A stretch of 64,000 nt of DNA, taken from contig OU015568.1 in NCBI GenBank assembly GCA_907165135.1, positions 992,001-1,056,000 on the forward strand, in the 5' to 3' direction. A program made the translations under genes and the position numbers. The notes below the pieces were generated by a model. It did no database searches, was not told the DNA's origin, and worked only from the letters and a program-made list of their open reading frames with translations. This stretch comes from Oikopleura dioica (lineage: Eukaryota > Animalia > Chordata). This document shows, piece after piece, positions 20,732 through 32,379 of this stretch. The first letter of the stretch is position 1; every line of letters begins with the position of its first letter.

Positions 20732-23700
20732 TTATTTTGCTACTCGTTTTGAACACGTCAGAATGGCTGAAATCAGGTTGAAATCAAGGAAGAGAATAAT
20801 TTTAGAATTTTACCTATGAAGGCAGATCGAAAGGCTGGATTGCACGCGGCGTAGCACACTGGGTTGAGAGTACTTTCATCGGTTAGGAAAAACGAGACAG
20901 AAGAATATGATGATGAAAAAACCGAGTCCTGTTGAGATAGCATAGCCAGTAGGAGAGCTCCCAAGCTATCTCTGGAACTTGCATTTGAAGCGAGGCGTAA
21001 ACTTTATTGGTTTCTTGAGATATTTTTAGAGAATGAATCTGAAAAATTGCGTTTCAAATACTGAATAATTATAACTTACATGATTTAAAACGTACACATC
21101 GCTGTAAAACTCGTTGAATATTACAAATAGTTTTCTTGGACCAATAATTTAAAAAATTGCAGGTCCACTAGCGGTTTAATTTAATATGGTGTTTAAAATT
21201 TTATTTAATCAATCAATTTTCTTTATCTAAGAAACTGCTCCTACAAGGATATTATAAGGCGCCCAAAGGCTTATAAAGACTTGAGGCTGACAAAAAATAG
21301 TATTGTGTAAATTCAACCTATAATATCAGACTTTCGCTCCAAAATTTGTCATAAAATTAACATTTTGTCAGCCCGTGCCGAAAATAATGGCAGCTAAAAG
21401 CCTTGTTGCTCTTGACTCTTTCTTCAAACTTTTCAGTTGTCGTCCATACTGCGGTTTTTGAGGTTGCGGAGTCGCCGCTGAAGATACCGTTGATTAGAAT
21501 TAGTCGAATTTTTTAACCTGTTGACGAGGCATCTTTTTTGCTGGCGAGGCGCGACCAGAACGACTTTTTCTCCTTTTCCTCTTTTTCGCCGCTGTCGTCG
21601 ACGTTCGAAATTTGGCTCGGCTCGTCTGACAGATCCATCGTTCCCTTTGAGTCCTGCTCATCCTTAATCCAGAATGAATAAGCGAGTCTGGAACGGATTA
21701 AAGAGACTTACGGATATTTTGATGCTTGAAGTCTTTACCGGGCTTGTTGCGTCTTTGGCCAGCTTATTTACTGTGCTGCTGATTACGGCGTTTTGCAGAT
21801 TGCTGTAAAGAACAAAAATAAATAATAAGCAAAAAGGGGGAAAACTACATTTTCTACAAAGAAGAATTAAGTCATGTCATAGTGGTTAATTTACCAGAGG
21901 CTCTTTTCGTGAATGTCTACCTGACCAGAGTTGCAAATTTGGCTTTATTTTCGCTGAGCTGAGCTGAGTGAGAAATTCTCTGAGCTGAGCTGGCCTATTT
22001 CGGAGCTCACTGAGCTGAGCTGAGCTGGCCTATTTCGGAGCTCACTGAGCTGAGCTGAGCTGGCCATTTTCAGAGGTCATTGAGCTGAGCTGAGCTGAGC
22101 AGACCTTTTTTAAGGTAGTTGAGCTGAGCTGAGCTCAGCAGACCCTAATAATTAGGGCCTAATTAGAGCTGAGCTGAGCTGAGCTGAGTGAGCTGAGTTG
22201 AGCAATTTTTTACTGTTTTTTAGAAGTGAAATTTTGTTAAAATCATTGAGCTGACCTGATTGAATGATACTTCTCTGAGCTGAGCTGAGCAGAACAGATC
22301 ATGTTCGAGAATAATTGAGCTGAGCTGAGCAGATAAATTCATTTTCGAAAATCAGTGAGCGGAGCTGAGCTGAGCGACTGCTCAGCTCACTCAGCCAGCT
22401 CAGCTCACTCAGCTCAGCAAATTTGCAACTCTATACCAGATGGGGATATTTTCGGTCTCAGATTGACGATGATTATGTAATCTCGTCAATTTCTGACCGG
22501 AAATAGCAATGCCTAGCAGACAAAGTAATCGAGTGCCCCTGTAAATCTGCATCTTTCCAGATGAAATCCCTTTGGGTCATCTGGGTTGAGACTACTGAAT
22601 CAGCAGTACTGATCTAGTCTTACAGTATTTCAGTTCGATTTGAGTTGTTTGAAGGATCATGCGATCCTTTTCTTCTTATTGAAAAACGCGATTTAAACGT
22701 TTTTGCTGAGGAGCGATTCGAAATGCCGAAAATTATTTGCGACACTTTGGAATTTCTTCTAGATATTTTGTCAATAAGCAAAATATTTTAATAAAGACAC
22801 CATAAAAGATTTTTTAAAACATTAAATTGAATATTTATCGTTGATAAACTCAATTGATTATTCATTAAAAGTGTTAAGACCCAGTGGCGGGTTGTTCAAA
22901 ATGACTATTTTTCTTGTGTAAGTCGTAAAAAGAGCTTTTGATTTTTTATCGATAATTACTTTTTTCTCGCCGCGATCGTCATGTACACCTTTGCGTAAAG
23001 AAACATCATCGCAATCGCAGGCACATAAAAAGCCCCTGAACGATTACATAACCATCATTGATTGATTTTGAGCAACTTGGCATTTCAAAAAAGTGCGTTC
23101 CAAACCTGCCGAAGTCGCTAGACCGATGGCAGCAGACTCAAAAATGGCCTTCACGTAGCATTTATTAGCAGCTGGCTGCTGCTTTGGATCGACCATTTGC
23201 CACAGGACCCATGGACCCCAAAGAATGGCAGAAATGATCCAGGTCAAGGCCATGGCGATTTTGACATGCACCAGTTTTCGATGGTTGCGGTACTTCACCG
23301 GGAAATTTACCGACAAATATCTGAAAAAGAACAAGCTTCGAAACCTCTTATCTAAGAATTGGTGAGTACCTATCTATACAAATAATGAGCAGATTGAGAA
23401 CGGATGCATTTGAGGCGACGTAGTCCACTCCCAGCCAGACATTGCAGGCGAAGTTACCCATGTACCAGCCGCCCTAAACAAAAAAACTCGGTACGAAAAT
23501 AAGGGTGTCGCCATTTTAATTGAATAATGATGAAAACTCTCTTACCTGTACAAGGTAAACAGTATAAACATTCATAGAATACATTCCGATAATCTTTGCT
23601 GAAGGTTTATAATCGAACGCAATTGAAATTGTTTTTAAAATATCCTTATGAGCTGAGCGAGGCTAAACCCGAGACAAATCGGCGATGGCTAAGTTGAGGA

Positions 23701-24153
23701 TGAGGTAGTTGTTGATTGTGCGCAGACTGCGGTAGAAGCAAAACGAAGAAATTACTTGACCAGGGCTCTATATTATATTATATTATATTATATTATATTA
23801 TATTATATTATATTATATTATATTATATTATATTATATTATATTATATTATATTATATTATATTATATTATATTATATTATATTATATTATATTATATTA
23901 TATTGAGCCCGATCCTAAGACATTTCCGCAAGAAGTTATCAGACTTGCGGTCAATGCCAAAATAACAATTGTTATTGTTGATGGAGTCGAGTAGCGACTG
24001 GGAGGCATTCCTGCCACGGCGGTGCTGAAATTAAAAAATTGATAAAGATTCTCGAACTCAGAAAACTAACGTAAACGCGCTGCTGTCATTTCCGTAAGTT
24101 GTCGGGGCAAGTGTTGTACTGATGTTCCAAGACGTCGTTCCATCTGTATTCAT
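20732..24153 (-). CDS. Muscarinic acetylcholine receptor-like GPCR
   Basis: [47 protein letters not shown] (Asp3.32, DRY), [21 protein letters not shown] (muscarinic Y-N in TM6) and [18 protein letters not shown]. At least three non-GT introns. Confidence 0.9.
20873..20928 (-). other. Non-canonical GA-AG intron (56 nt)
   Basis: tat ctc aac ag|gactcggtt...aaccgatgaaag|t act ctc aac cca restores the invariant CYLNSTLNP. Confidence 0.85.
21280..21374 (-). other. Probable non-canonical GG-AG intron (95 nt) bounded by an 11-bp TIR
   Basis: Interrupts TM6 ([16 protein letters not shown]). Ends are ggctgacaaaa / ttttgtcagcc. The only canonical alternative would insert ~18 residues into TM6. Confidence 0.6.
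21926..22433. mobile_element. hAT-like MITE with internal (CTGAG)n arrays, in GPCR intron
   Basis: TIR cagagttgcaaatttg / caaatttgcaactcta; degenerate 8-bp TSD tacctgac / taccagat; CTGAG pentamer runs flip orientation near 22375. Confidence 0.85.
23755..23914 (-). other. Non-canonical GA-AG intron (160 nt) consisting of TIRs plus a microsatellite
   Basis: gga aat gtc tta g|gatcgggctc(aatat)n...gagccctggtcaag|ta att restores GNVLVISSF. Confidence 0.85.
23769..23904. repeat. (TATTA)n pentanucleotide microsatellite, ~27 copies
   Basis: Perfect repeat visible in the sequence. Confidence 0.98.
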
Positions 24154-27100
24154 CTGAAAATAACTGTAAACGTCTGTGGTGCAAGAAGGTAAAGGTTTAG
24201 TCGTTATAAAGAGTCAAGTTTACGAGTCAATTTGTGATGGTTTCTGGTTGAACGGACGAAAAGGTTCTTCGCGGTTAATTTGAGATTCTTGTCAAGTTAA
24301 CGCCATTTTCAAGTCCTATTAAATGCACATATCTAGGTCACAGATTTGACCCATCTCGAAAGTGAGGAGTCAGGTTAAAGTCATATTTTCAAGCAGTGCT
24401 GATTCAAAGTTACGCTTTTGGCTCTAGAACGTTGTTATAAATATAACACAACCCGATCAATATTCAGGAGCAAAATAAAAATATTTATATAACCGTAGAA
24501 ATATTTTCTTATGGTTTCATGACTGTCTTTTTCTTTGAAATCTAGCGAATCTCAGACTTTTCTTGGGATTCATTAAGGGGCAACTTAGGCCTCACATTCT
24601 GAACTGAGTAATAACCTGACTCAGGAATAGTTTTTCCTGAGCACTTAGTCAGATCGCCGAACCCTGATTAAAAAGATAAGCGAATGAAAACGATAGAAAA
24701 TCAACGCGAAAACAACCTTGACTAAGATGGTTGGACTTTTGGACGATCAGCGTGAAGTGTTTGAATAAGTTATGTCTCGAGCTTGAGCATTTTAAATATT
24801 CAATTTGGTGCTTGTCTCCGCGTTCAGGCGCGTTCTGTTGCGCCACTATGCTCACTCGTTTAGAAACGATTTTAGCCGGGTACCTTGTTACGGTTAAAAT
24901 TCACTGAATAACATGTCGACTTCAATTTCGAACAATTCGAACAAAAGAACATGGGTAAAAGGGGATGTTTTTGAACTCAGATTGTCAGTCGACTGGATCA
25001 ATCTTTGGAACTGTCTCCAAACTGTCAATTGGATTCTGATTTGAGGTAAGAAAGAACTTTTGTTGCAAAGAATGAACTCTCTTTTATCAAAAATAGCATT
25101 TTTAACAATTTTTAATTCTAATTATATTATATTTTTACTATTTGTAACATGATTATGATTTTCAAGTAAGGAAATCTTGTTTTATACCACATTAATTGAC
25201 AGAATAGAGATAACAAGTCAACGAACTAGTGTTATAAAAATCCAGTTATTCATTTAAAAATGAATACTTATGATTTCCAGAAAGGTTAGATCGAATCTGA
25301 CAGAAAGCTTCCAATTGATAATTATCATTTGCATTCATATTTTAGGTAGTTACGAAGCGACAAATCAAAAGTCTTTATTCGGCTGCTCGAAGATCGACGG
25401 CCAGAACCCCTGAATTTTTTTTAGAAAAGGAACTCTTTAATAGTGACCGAGTCATGAGTTGAGTCTAGCCAGTAGACCATACGGTAGTATTGCAGACTGA
25501 AGATCAAGAGCAAGTTTACCCAGTCTGTGAGTATATTATTTTTACGTAACGACATGGTGCTTAAATGACAATCTATCGATATCTATTTCCTCTCCAAATT
25601 AGTAAAAGATGCTTCATTTCATTAAAATATAATTTCTGATCCAGATTATTTACTCTTCCAAATAACGCGGATTTTAATTTTTATAATTATTTCTTCCTTT
25701 ACCTTCGCAAAATTTCTCTTTCTCAAATCTGCTGCACAAAAAGTCCGATTTCCAAAGTGAAAAAAAGCGTTGTTTCCCGAAGTGTAAAATTATATCAAGT
25801 GGCGGATTATACCGAGAGGTTGCATTTAACAGGCTAAATTGACTGTTGAATATTCAGTGCTCATATGCGGACATATTTTACGGCCGTGAAGGATATTGCT
25901 TCAGGAGTCCAAAGTGTATATAACAAGCAACAGGATTAGCTTTGATGAATTGGGCCATAAACGCTAATTGGGCGGATTCATTTTTAATGCCGTGACCAAC
26001 ATTCTTACTGTAATTCTATGAATAATTTATAGAAAAAAATAGAATCGATCATTGCTTGATAGTATCAAAAGCTCTCGCTGAGCTGTGAGTTTTCGATTTT
26101 TGTTCGCAATTGCCCTAATTTGAATATTATTGATATGACCGATATCTTCATTAAGTCGATTAAATGACGACTATTTTGTAAAAAATTTTCTTGCCAAAAA
26201 TTCTTTGACTATCAAAATCAATCCATAAAGTACTGATAGAAAGTATTAATTTGAAAAAGATAATTTCGCTCATGAAAACTCATGATTGACGGATTTCTTG
26301 ACCCAAAGCTGTGTAGAATCTACGCAGAAGATGACAACCTGTGCAGAAAACCTGAGTCAGGGTCCTTAATATCTTCATGAAAGCGGCTTCACCAATATTC
26401 TCAGGTTCCTCAGAATCAGGTTTCCTACTTAGGGTACTCTAAATAGGTCCCCAAATATAATTTTTTCAAGTATCTCGCTCGATAACCTTATTTTAGGAAA
26501 ATCTCTAAAAGCAAAAGTTTTATTAAAAAATCGTTTTTACCTTGTTTGTCATAAGAATGAGGAGAGATTCTTTCAATTTTCTTTCCTTTTAAAATTCATG
26601 ATTTATGAAATTTTGTCTCAACTAGGAGTATTGCATCAAGGTCAATTTTTAAATCGGTTGAGTAGTTTTATGGGTTTCGGCGAATTCTGTTAAAAAATGT
26701 CTGTTTTACTTACAATTCAGAAAAGCGCGTGTAATTTCAATCTCTTCTCTTTCATTCGATTCTATTTTCCGCCATTTAAATTCTTGCAATTTTCGCTTCT
26801 TCCTATTCTGAGTTTGCCGATTTGAAATTAAATCTCTGACAGACAAGAACACGGGCTAATTGAGCAAAAATGATTTGAAGCTCTGGAATTGGATTCGACA
26901 GGGATCGAAAGTTAGAATCTGAACATGCCAACCCTCTGACACGGAAAATGAAGCTCGCGGGCGCCGCGGAATGCGCTAGCGAACGCGCCGCGGGGCAAGT
27001 TCAAGGCGCTGCCGCTTGAAATGCTGATAAAGATGATATTTTACCTTTAGTTTAAACCTTAAGTATAAAGATTTTCAGCAAAATCTTTTGATTAATTTTT

Positions 27101-27260
27101 CCAGTTTTCCAGAGATGAAAAAAGCGCCTAACACTGGAAAGAATGAGCTTTTTCTTTGAATAAAGCTCGATTTACGTCACAAATGAGCCTGCATTCAAAT
27201 TTAATCTATGTCTGTTTCATGTTGAATGTTGAATTTTTCTAATACAGCGTTTTTTTCTTT

Positions 27261-27640
27261 CTAAAAAGAATCTTCCTCCGCTGCGGCTGATTCTTCTTCT
27301 GGCTCAGGTTCCAGCTGGGGTTCTTGCGCTGGTTCCTTTTCGGGCTCGGGTTCGGGTTGTTCCTTAGGCTCAGGTTCTGGCTCAGCTTCGGGTTCTTTTT
27401 CTAGATCTTGTTCTTGCTTTTCTTCATTTTTGAATTCGGCTGGTGCAGGAGTTGCCTCTCTCACGGGAGTTTTCACTTCTTGCTTTTCTTCGGCTAAATT
27501 TTATAATGAATTTTAATAAAATTATTTTATAATAAAAAACTTGAGAAAAATAATTATTTTCAAATCAAATTTAATTTCAAACCTTGATTTTCGGGCGCAT
27601 CATCAACCGCTTTCGACCGTTTACAACACTTGCTTCCCAT
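27261..27640 (-). CDS. Small acidic disordered protein with N-terminal MGxxCC acylation motif
   Basis: Exon 1 MGSKCCKRSKAVDDAPENQ, GT-AG intron 27494-27582, exon 2 AEEKQEVKTP...(EP)n...AAAEEDSF*; ~96 aa. Confidence 0.75.
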
Positions 27641-28230
27641 CTTTCTTTTTCAAAAAATCTCGAATGAAATGGTTGAAAGAATTTTTGGCACCTCGGATTC
27701 TGTTGACCTTTTTCATTTTTTCGATAAGGAAAGTTTACGTCCCGCGCCGGTGCTATCTGCTATTTGCCAACTGCGATTTAAAAGACTACCATTTATTTTT
27801 TGCTGAGAAAGTTCATTTGCAGTACTTTTTTCTTAAGGATCTACTGTCAAAAAAGGGCGGTTTTTCTATCCACGAAAACGGGCTTTAAAATTCATTTGGA
27901 AAATCAGGTTGTTCGTGGCCACAGTCCAGCGGAATAGAGGGTTGTTTCTGCCGGTATTCTGCGGCGACAAGTACAGTTAGAAATACAGGGAATCCCTTCA
28001 ATCATGCAAGATGCTTGGTGAAGCCCAGCTCAGTGGCCAACGTGCGACGCTCTAAAATTCAAGAGACTTTCCAAGCTTTCACTCACTTTCAAAATACATT
28101 AGTAGCTTCCTCCCTCAAACGATCAATTATACATTGAGGGCTTAGGGTACCTCCAAGAAATACAGTCAGCGAGTTAGAAGGAACTAAGTAGATTCTCCTT
28201 CCAATACGTTTTTAGGAGGAAATTTTTTAA

Positions 28231-28546
28231 GGACCCCCCCCCTTTCCTCCGAAAAATTGAAATTTTGTCCTCAAGTCATATTTGCTTCAAAAACTTGAAA
28301 AGACGAAGATTTGACCAAGAAAAATCAATATTTTTGCCGAAATAAGGGCAAATTCGTCAATTTTCGGCGAAAAATCCGCTTTTAAAATGGGATTTTGAGG
28401 GTGAAGGACTCCTTCAGAAGGAGTCGAGATAGACCCCCAAAAAATGAAGCCTCTAAATCGTTTTTTGAACCGAAGAATCCATTTCCGGGGTCAAAATTTT
28501 AAATTTCCGAAATCTGATTTTTCAAAAAAGCTGACGGGGGGGTTCC
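28231..28546. mobile_element. Kolobok-like MITE (family A)
   Basis: TTAA|GGACCCCCCC...GGGGGGGTTCC|TTAA; interior shares gagtcgagatagac.cccaaaaaatgaagcctc.aaatcgttttttgac with the 41799 copy. Confidence 0.85.
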
Positions 28547-29027
28547 TTAAAAGGGGATGACCTTCCTAACAAAAAAAAAAGAAGGATTTTTTGGCGAAAA
28601 ATGCTTCTGAATTTTTCTAAAGCCCAAAACCAGCACAAAAAAAACCAAAATGCCCTCTAAATCGAAGCCAAAGCGTCAATTTTTGATAGAGCTTTTGAAC
28701 GTTTGTGGAGATTAATGCGAATAATTATTCCTTTCATAGGGAGCTCGGGGAATTGACACGTGATTTTCCAAGAAAGAGGCTTTTCTTTTTATTGATGAAT
28801 TTTTCAGGGATGAAGAAATTTTTTCGTCTTGAAATACAGGTAATACTGGATTGGAAGAGTGGCTTGTCTATTTTTAGACAGGAATTAAAGGTGTTTATAC
28901 AAAAATGACGACTGTAAATGTGCGTAAGAATAGATACATAAGGTACTAAAGCCTTAAAAATAGTAAGTTTCATCGAGGATATCTACAAGGACGCGTGAAT
29001 ATTAATTTAATATAAGTTACATATCCG

Positions 29028-31474
29028 TTAGTTTGAGTGAGTCGAAACGCGAAGAAGAGGATGAAAAATTAATCGTCGATGCGCTCGTATCCCGTCTGCT
29101 GCCGCGGCTGCCGGACGAAGAGAAAATAATGCGCCACGACGGCTAGGCTCGCCACAGCGCAGATTGCTGAGACGCCGATTGTGAGTACTTCGCGGAAGAA
29201 CTTGCCGCAGTCCTCGCAGTTGCAGGAGCATGGATCTTCGTTTTGAACTGAAAACTTGCTTAATATTTTCTTCCCCTGTGAAAATACATGGGTGAAAAAA
29301 GGGAGAGGAGGATTGCTTATTTTTTATTGGCTGCCACAAAATAAGCTGGCTTTTGATTGGTTGACAGGACCCTTTCTCCCCATTCCTCTGCCATAACTAC
29401 ACCTTTTATCAGACTTACTGATAACAACAGCGATTCCATTAGCTATCTTATCCGTTAAACTCATGGCTCCATAAACAAACGCCGAAGTAGAGCAATTATC
29501 ACCAATTAGAAACGCTGTGAGGGATAAGGAAGATATCAGCACTGCCGCACATCCAGCTCCATTCATCTAGAAAAGGGTAGAAAACTAATGTTTTGTCTGC
29601 TTACGATTGCGACGCCGATGATTTCATATCTTCTGCTTGGGTCGACTGCTCCAATTGGCGTTGCTAAATCACGTGCCCAGATGAATCCGGATATGCAAAG
29701 AACTGTGCCGATGATGTAAATCACATTGTTGTTGATGTACTTGTTCAAGATCGGAACGCTCATGCTCATAACAAAGCCGGAAATGAACACTATCAATGGG
29801 ACGATTGCTATCATCGTTTTTCTAGAATTTGTTTCATTCGAGAATTGATGAGGGTACTCACTGAACACCGAGAGAATCGGTAAGGTAAAATGGCATGTAG
29901 ACTTGGGACATGTTCACAATAAGACGGCTTGACATGTAGATGAGTCCTGTCAGATAAAAGTTCGGCAGCTTGAACCATTCCGTCCATTTTTTGATGGTCT
30001 GAAAGGAAAATGTCGATTTATCGGCAGATGGGAGGTTCATTTCTGGAGAAATTTGTGCTACTTTATGTGTATAATTCCTATAGGAAGTGACGGCACATTT
30101 AAAATATTCTTTTTGACTTCAATAGAATCAAGACCTAAAACTGCCTATTTCTACAAAATTTCTTGTTATTATGGTCTTTTCTGTCATACTTTTCAACCGT
30201 AGAAAACGTCAAAATAACTTATATTACTAATATAAGTTATTATATAATATTAGTCTAAAAAGTTTATTTTAATGCCATTCCAGTCCAAGTGATGGCTACC
30301 TAAATTTTTCAAACTCCAGAAAATAGTAGCAGCCACAAGTGATGTCAATCGCGAAGAAAATTGATCGGTTCATTTCAATATTTATTTTTAAAATATTCAA
30401 AAGTATTCGAAAAATTAAGGCTTAAATGCATACGTTCGATTTTGCTCATAATTGATATCATTCAAAAAAGGACATAGAATTCTGTGGAGCAAAATTTATT
30501 TCTCAATATGTTACTTTTTGTGAGTTTATCTGGAAATTAAATTAAAATCGTTCAATTTTATATCATAGATATCAAGATCACTAACGTACCTCCTCATTGC
30601 TTTCAGTCAGCAAAGGTGTTCCTTCATTCTCTATGTGACCTCTGTTCTCCTCGTTGTCATCATCCTCATCATAGTTCACATTGGCGATTGTTCCCAATGG
30701 CCCGAGTTCCGTTTCTTCTGGCACAAAAAGATGGAAGAGAAAGGAGAAAAAGGACCCAGTGCAAATAACAATAATCGCAAGTTTGTTGAAAATAAATCGG
30801 TCATTCCAGCCGAGATCGTCAGAATCTGAGCTCTGCAGGAAAGCAAAAGCGATTCCATAGACTGCGATCGAGCTAACAAAATTTGAAAACGCCTTTCTCC
30901 CTCGTTTACCTGAGAACAGTTCCGCCATATCTGAAAGAATTGAGTTGGGTTCTTTCCCTCGCAACTGGCGTCAAATTTGGAATGACTGAAAGATGAGAAA
31001 CTTGCGTCGAAGCCCAGCCGATTTGAAAAATGACGATAAAGGGCGTATAATAAACCAGTGCGACCCAATCTGGAGTGACATCTGGGATGTATTTTGGCAC
31101 TAGAATTGAGAGTAATCAATCAATTTTGCAGAAAACCGCATTTACATAACTAGAAATCGACAATATTGACGATTCGCGCGTCTAAAAAGCCTCATTACCT
31201 GGTGTAAAGATAAATATAAAACTGAGAATGACACAAATTGTTCCAAACAAATGCCAGCTTTTTCTTCTGCCATAAATCTTCCCCAGCAATCCAACTCTAT
31301 CACTCTCGATTCCGACAAAAGGCGTTGCGAAGCCGTCCGTTAATTGTCCTATCAGAAGCAAATATCCAGCAGTATCAGCGTCGAGCATCAAAATCTGATG
31401 AAAATAGACCAATAAGTAGCTGAACCACATGGCCGCGCAGAGGTCATTGAGCACGTGACCCACCGAGTAGCCAG
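29028..31474 (-). CDS. MFSD12: MFSD12-like MFS (GPH family) transporter
   Basis: GYSVGHVLNDLCAAMWFSYLL, GQLTDGFATPFVGIESD, YGRRKSWHLFG, FQIGWASTQVSHLS, SRLIVNMSQVYMPFY and SAFVYGAMSLTDKIANG. First exon and start lie upstream of 31474, unresolved. Confidence 0.85.
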
Positions 31475-32379
31475 CTGTTTGAGGATTGAATCATTGAAAA
31501 GCGAGTTTGTTGCATGAAAACAAAAGATGTGTGGAACTCGTGTTCTTTGTTCAAGAATTTATTTGAATAACGAAGAAACTGAAGCTTCCAGTTGAACTTC
31601 CGTGAATATCAGATAAAATAGTATTGTTTCTTGAAAGAAAGATGGGTCTTTCTTCCAGCTTTTTATCGAATTTTTAATACAAGAAATCTTCGAATTCGAA
31701 TCCGTTAAAATGGGGACTTTCAAGAAGAATCTGTCCGCGAAAAAGTAGTCCTCTATTTTCATTAAGGATCTTTAACGCTTTGACACCCTTATTCCTTAAT
31801 CTAATCATTCTCATTCACCATTTTTTTCTAAAGACTCAACCCTTTCCTTTGACCCGAGGCGAAATTGTGCTCATTTTCTATCTTCTGTTTCTCTCCTTTC
31901 TTTCTTCTTGTCAACCCTTTTGAGCTTCTTCTGTTCTTCTGGATTATTCTCTTTACAAAAATAAGCTTGCTTCAGCAAACAACTTCCAGCTCAGCATTAT
32001 CTCTTATTGTTCAAAGGCCAGGAAAGAAATTGTGAGAAAAATATACAAAGTAGGGCGAGTCAATTTTACGCGCTCTCGTTCAAGAATTCAGCGTGGGTTC
32101 GTATTGAACCACAGTAGTTCATTCCGCATAAAAAAGGAACACTGATCGCAATCGTCGAAAATTTCAAGCTCTTATGAGAAGATGACGCAAGATGTTGACT
32201 TTTACGGTTCGATGACTTTACTGATTATTTCAAATGTCAGATTTAAGAAGTCAGATTAAAAAGAAATAACTAAGATTCAGTTCTTATTTCTCGCATTCCA
32301 ACTGCATCGGAATGCTGATCAAAGCAAATATTGATATTTATTCTCAGACTTTCGTAAATGAGTTATCCTAAGCTGTCCC

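Noticed and set aside
23610-23685. TM2 intron of the GPCR as a further non-canonical intron (has a GGTTTA/TAAACC stem)
   Set aside because: A GT-AG solution (ADLSR|IIG) exists; cannot be decided without cDNA.
23716-23994. ORFs with (IILYY)n
   Set aside because: Translation of the microsatellite.
24640-26590. Scattered exon-like segments and splice-like signals on both strands
   Set aside because: No consistent gene model or recognisable domain could be built; a divergent gene may still be present.
26880-27020. tRNA- or snRNA-like GC-rich segment
   Set aside because: No cloverleaf, intact T-loop or A/B boxes could be drawn.
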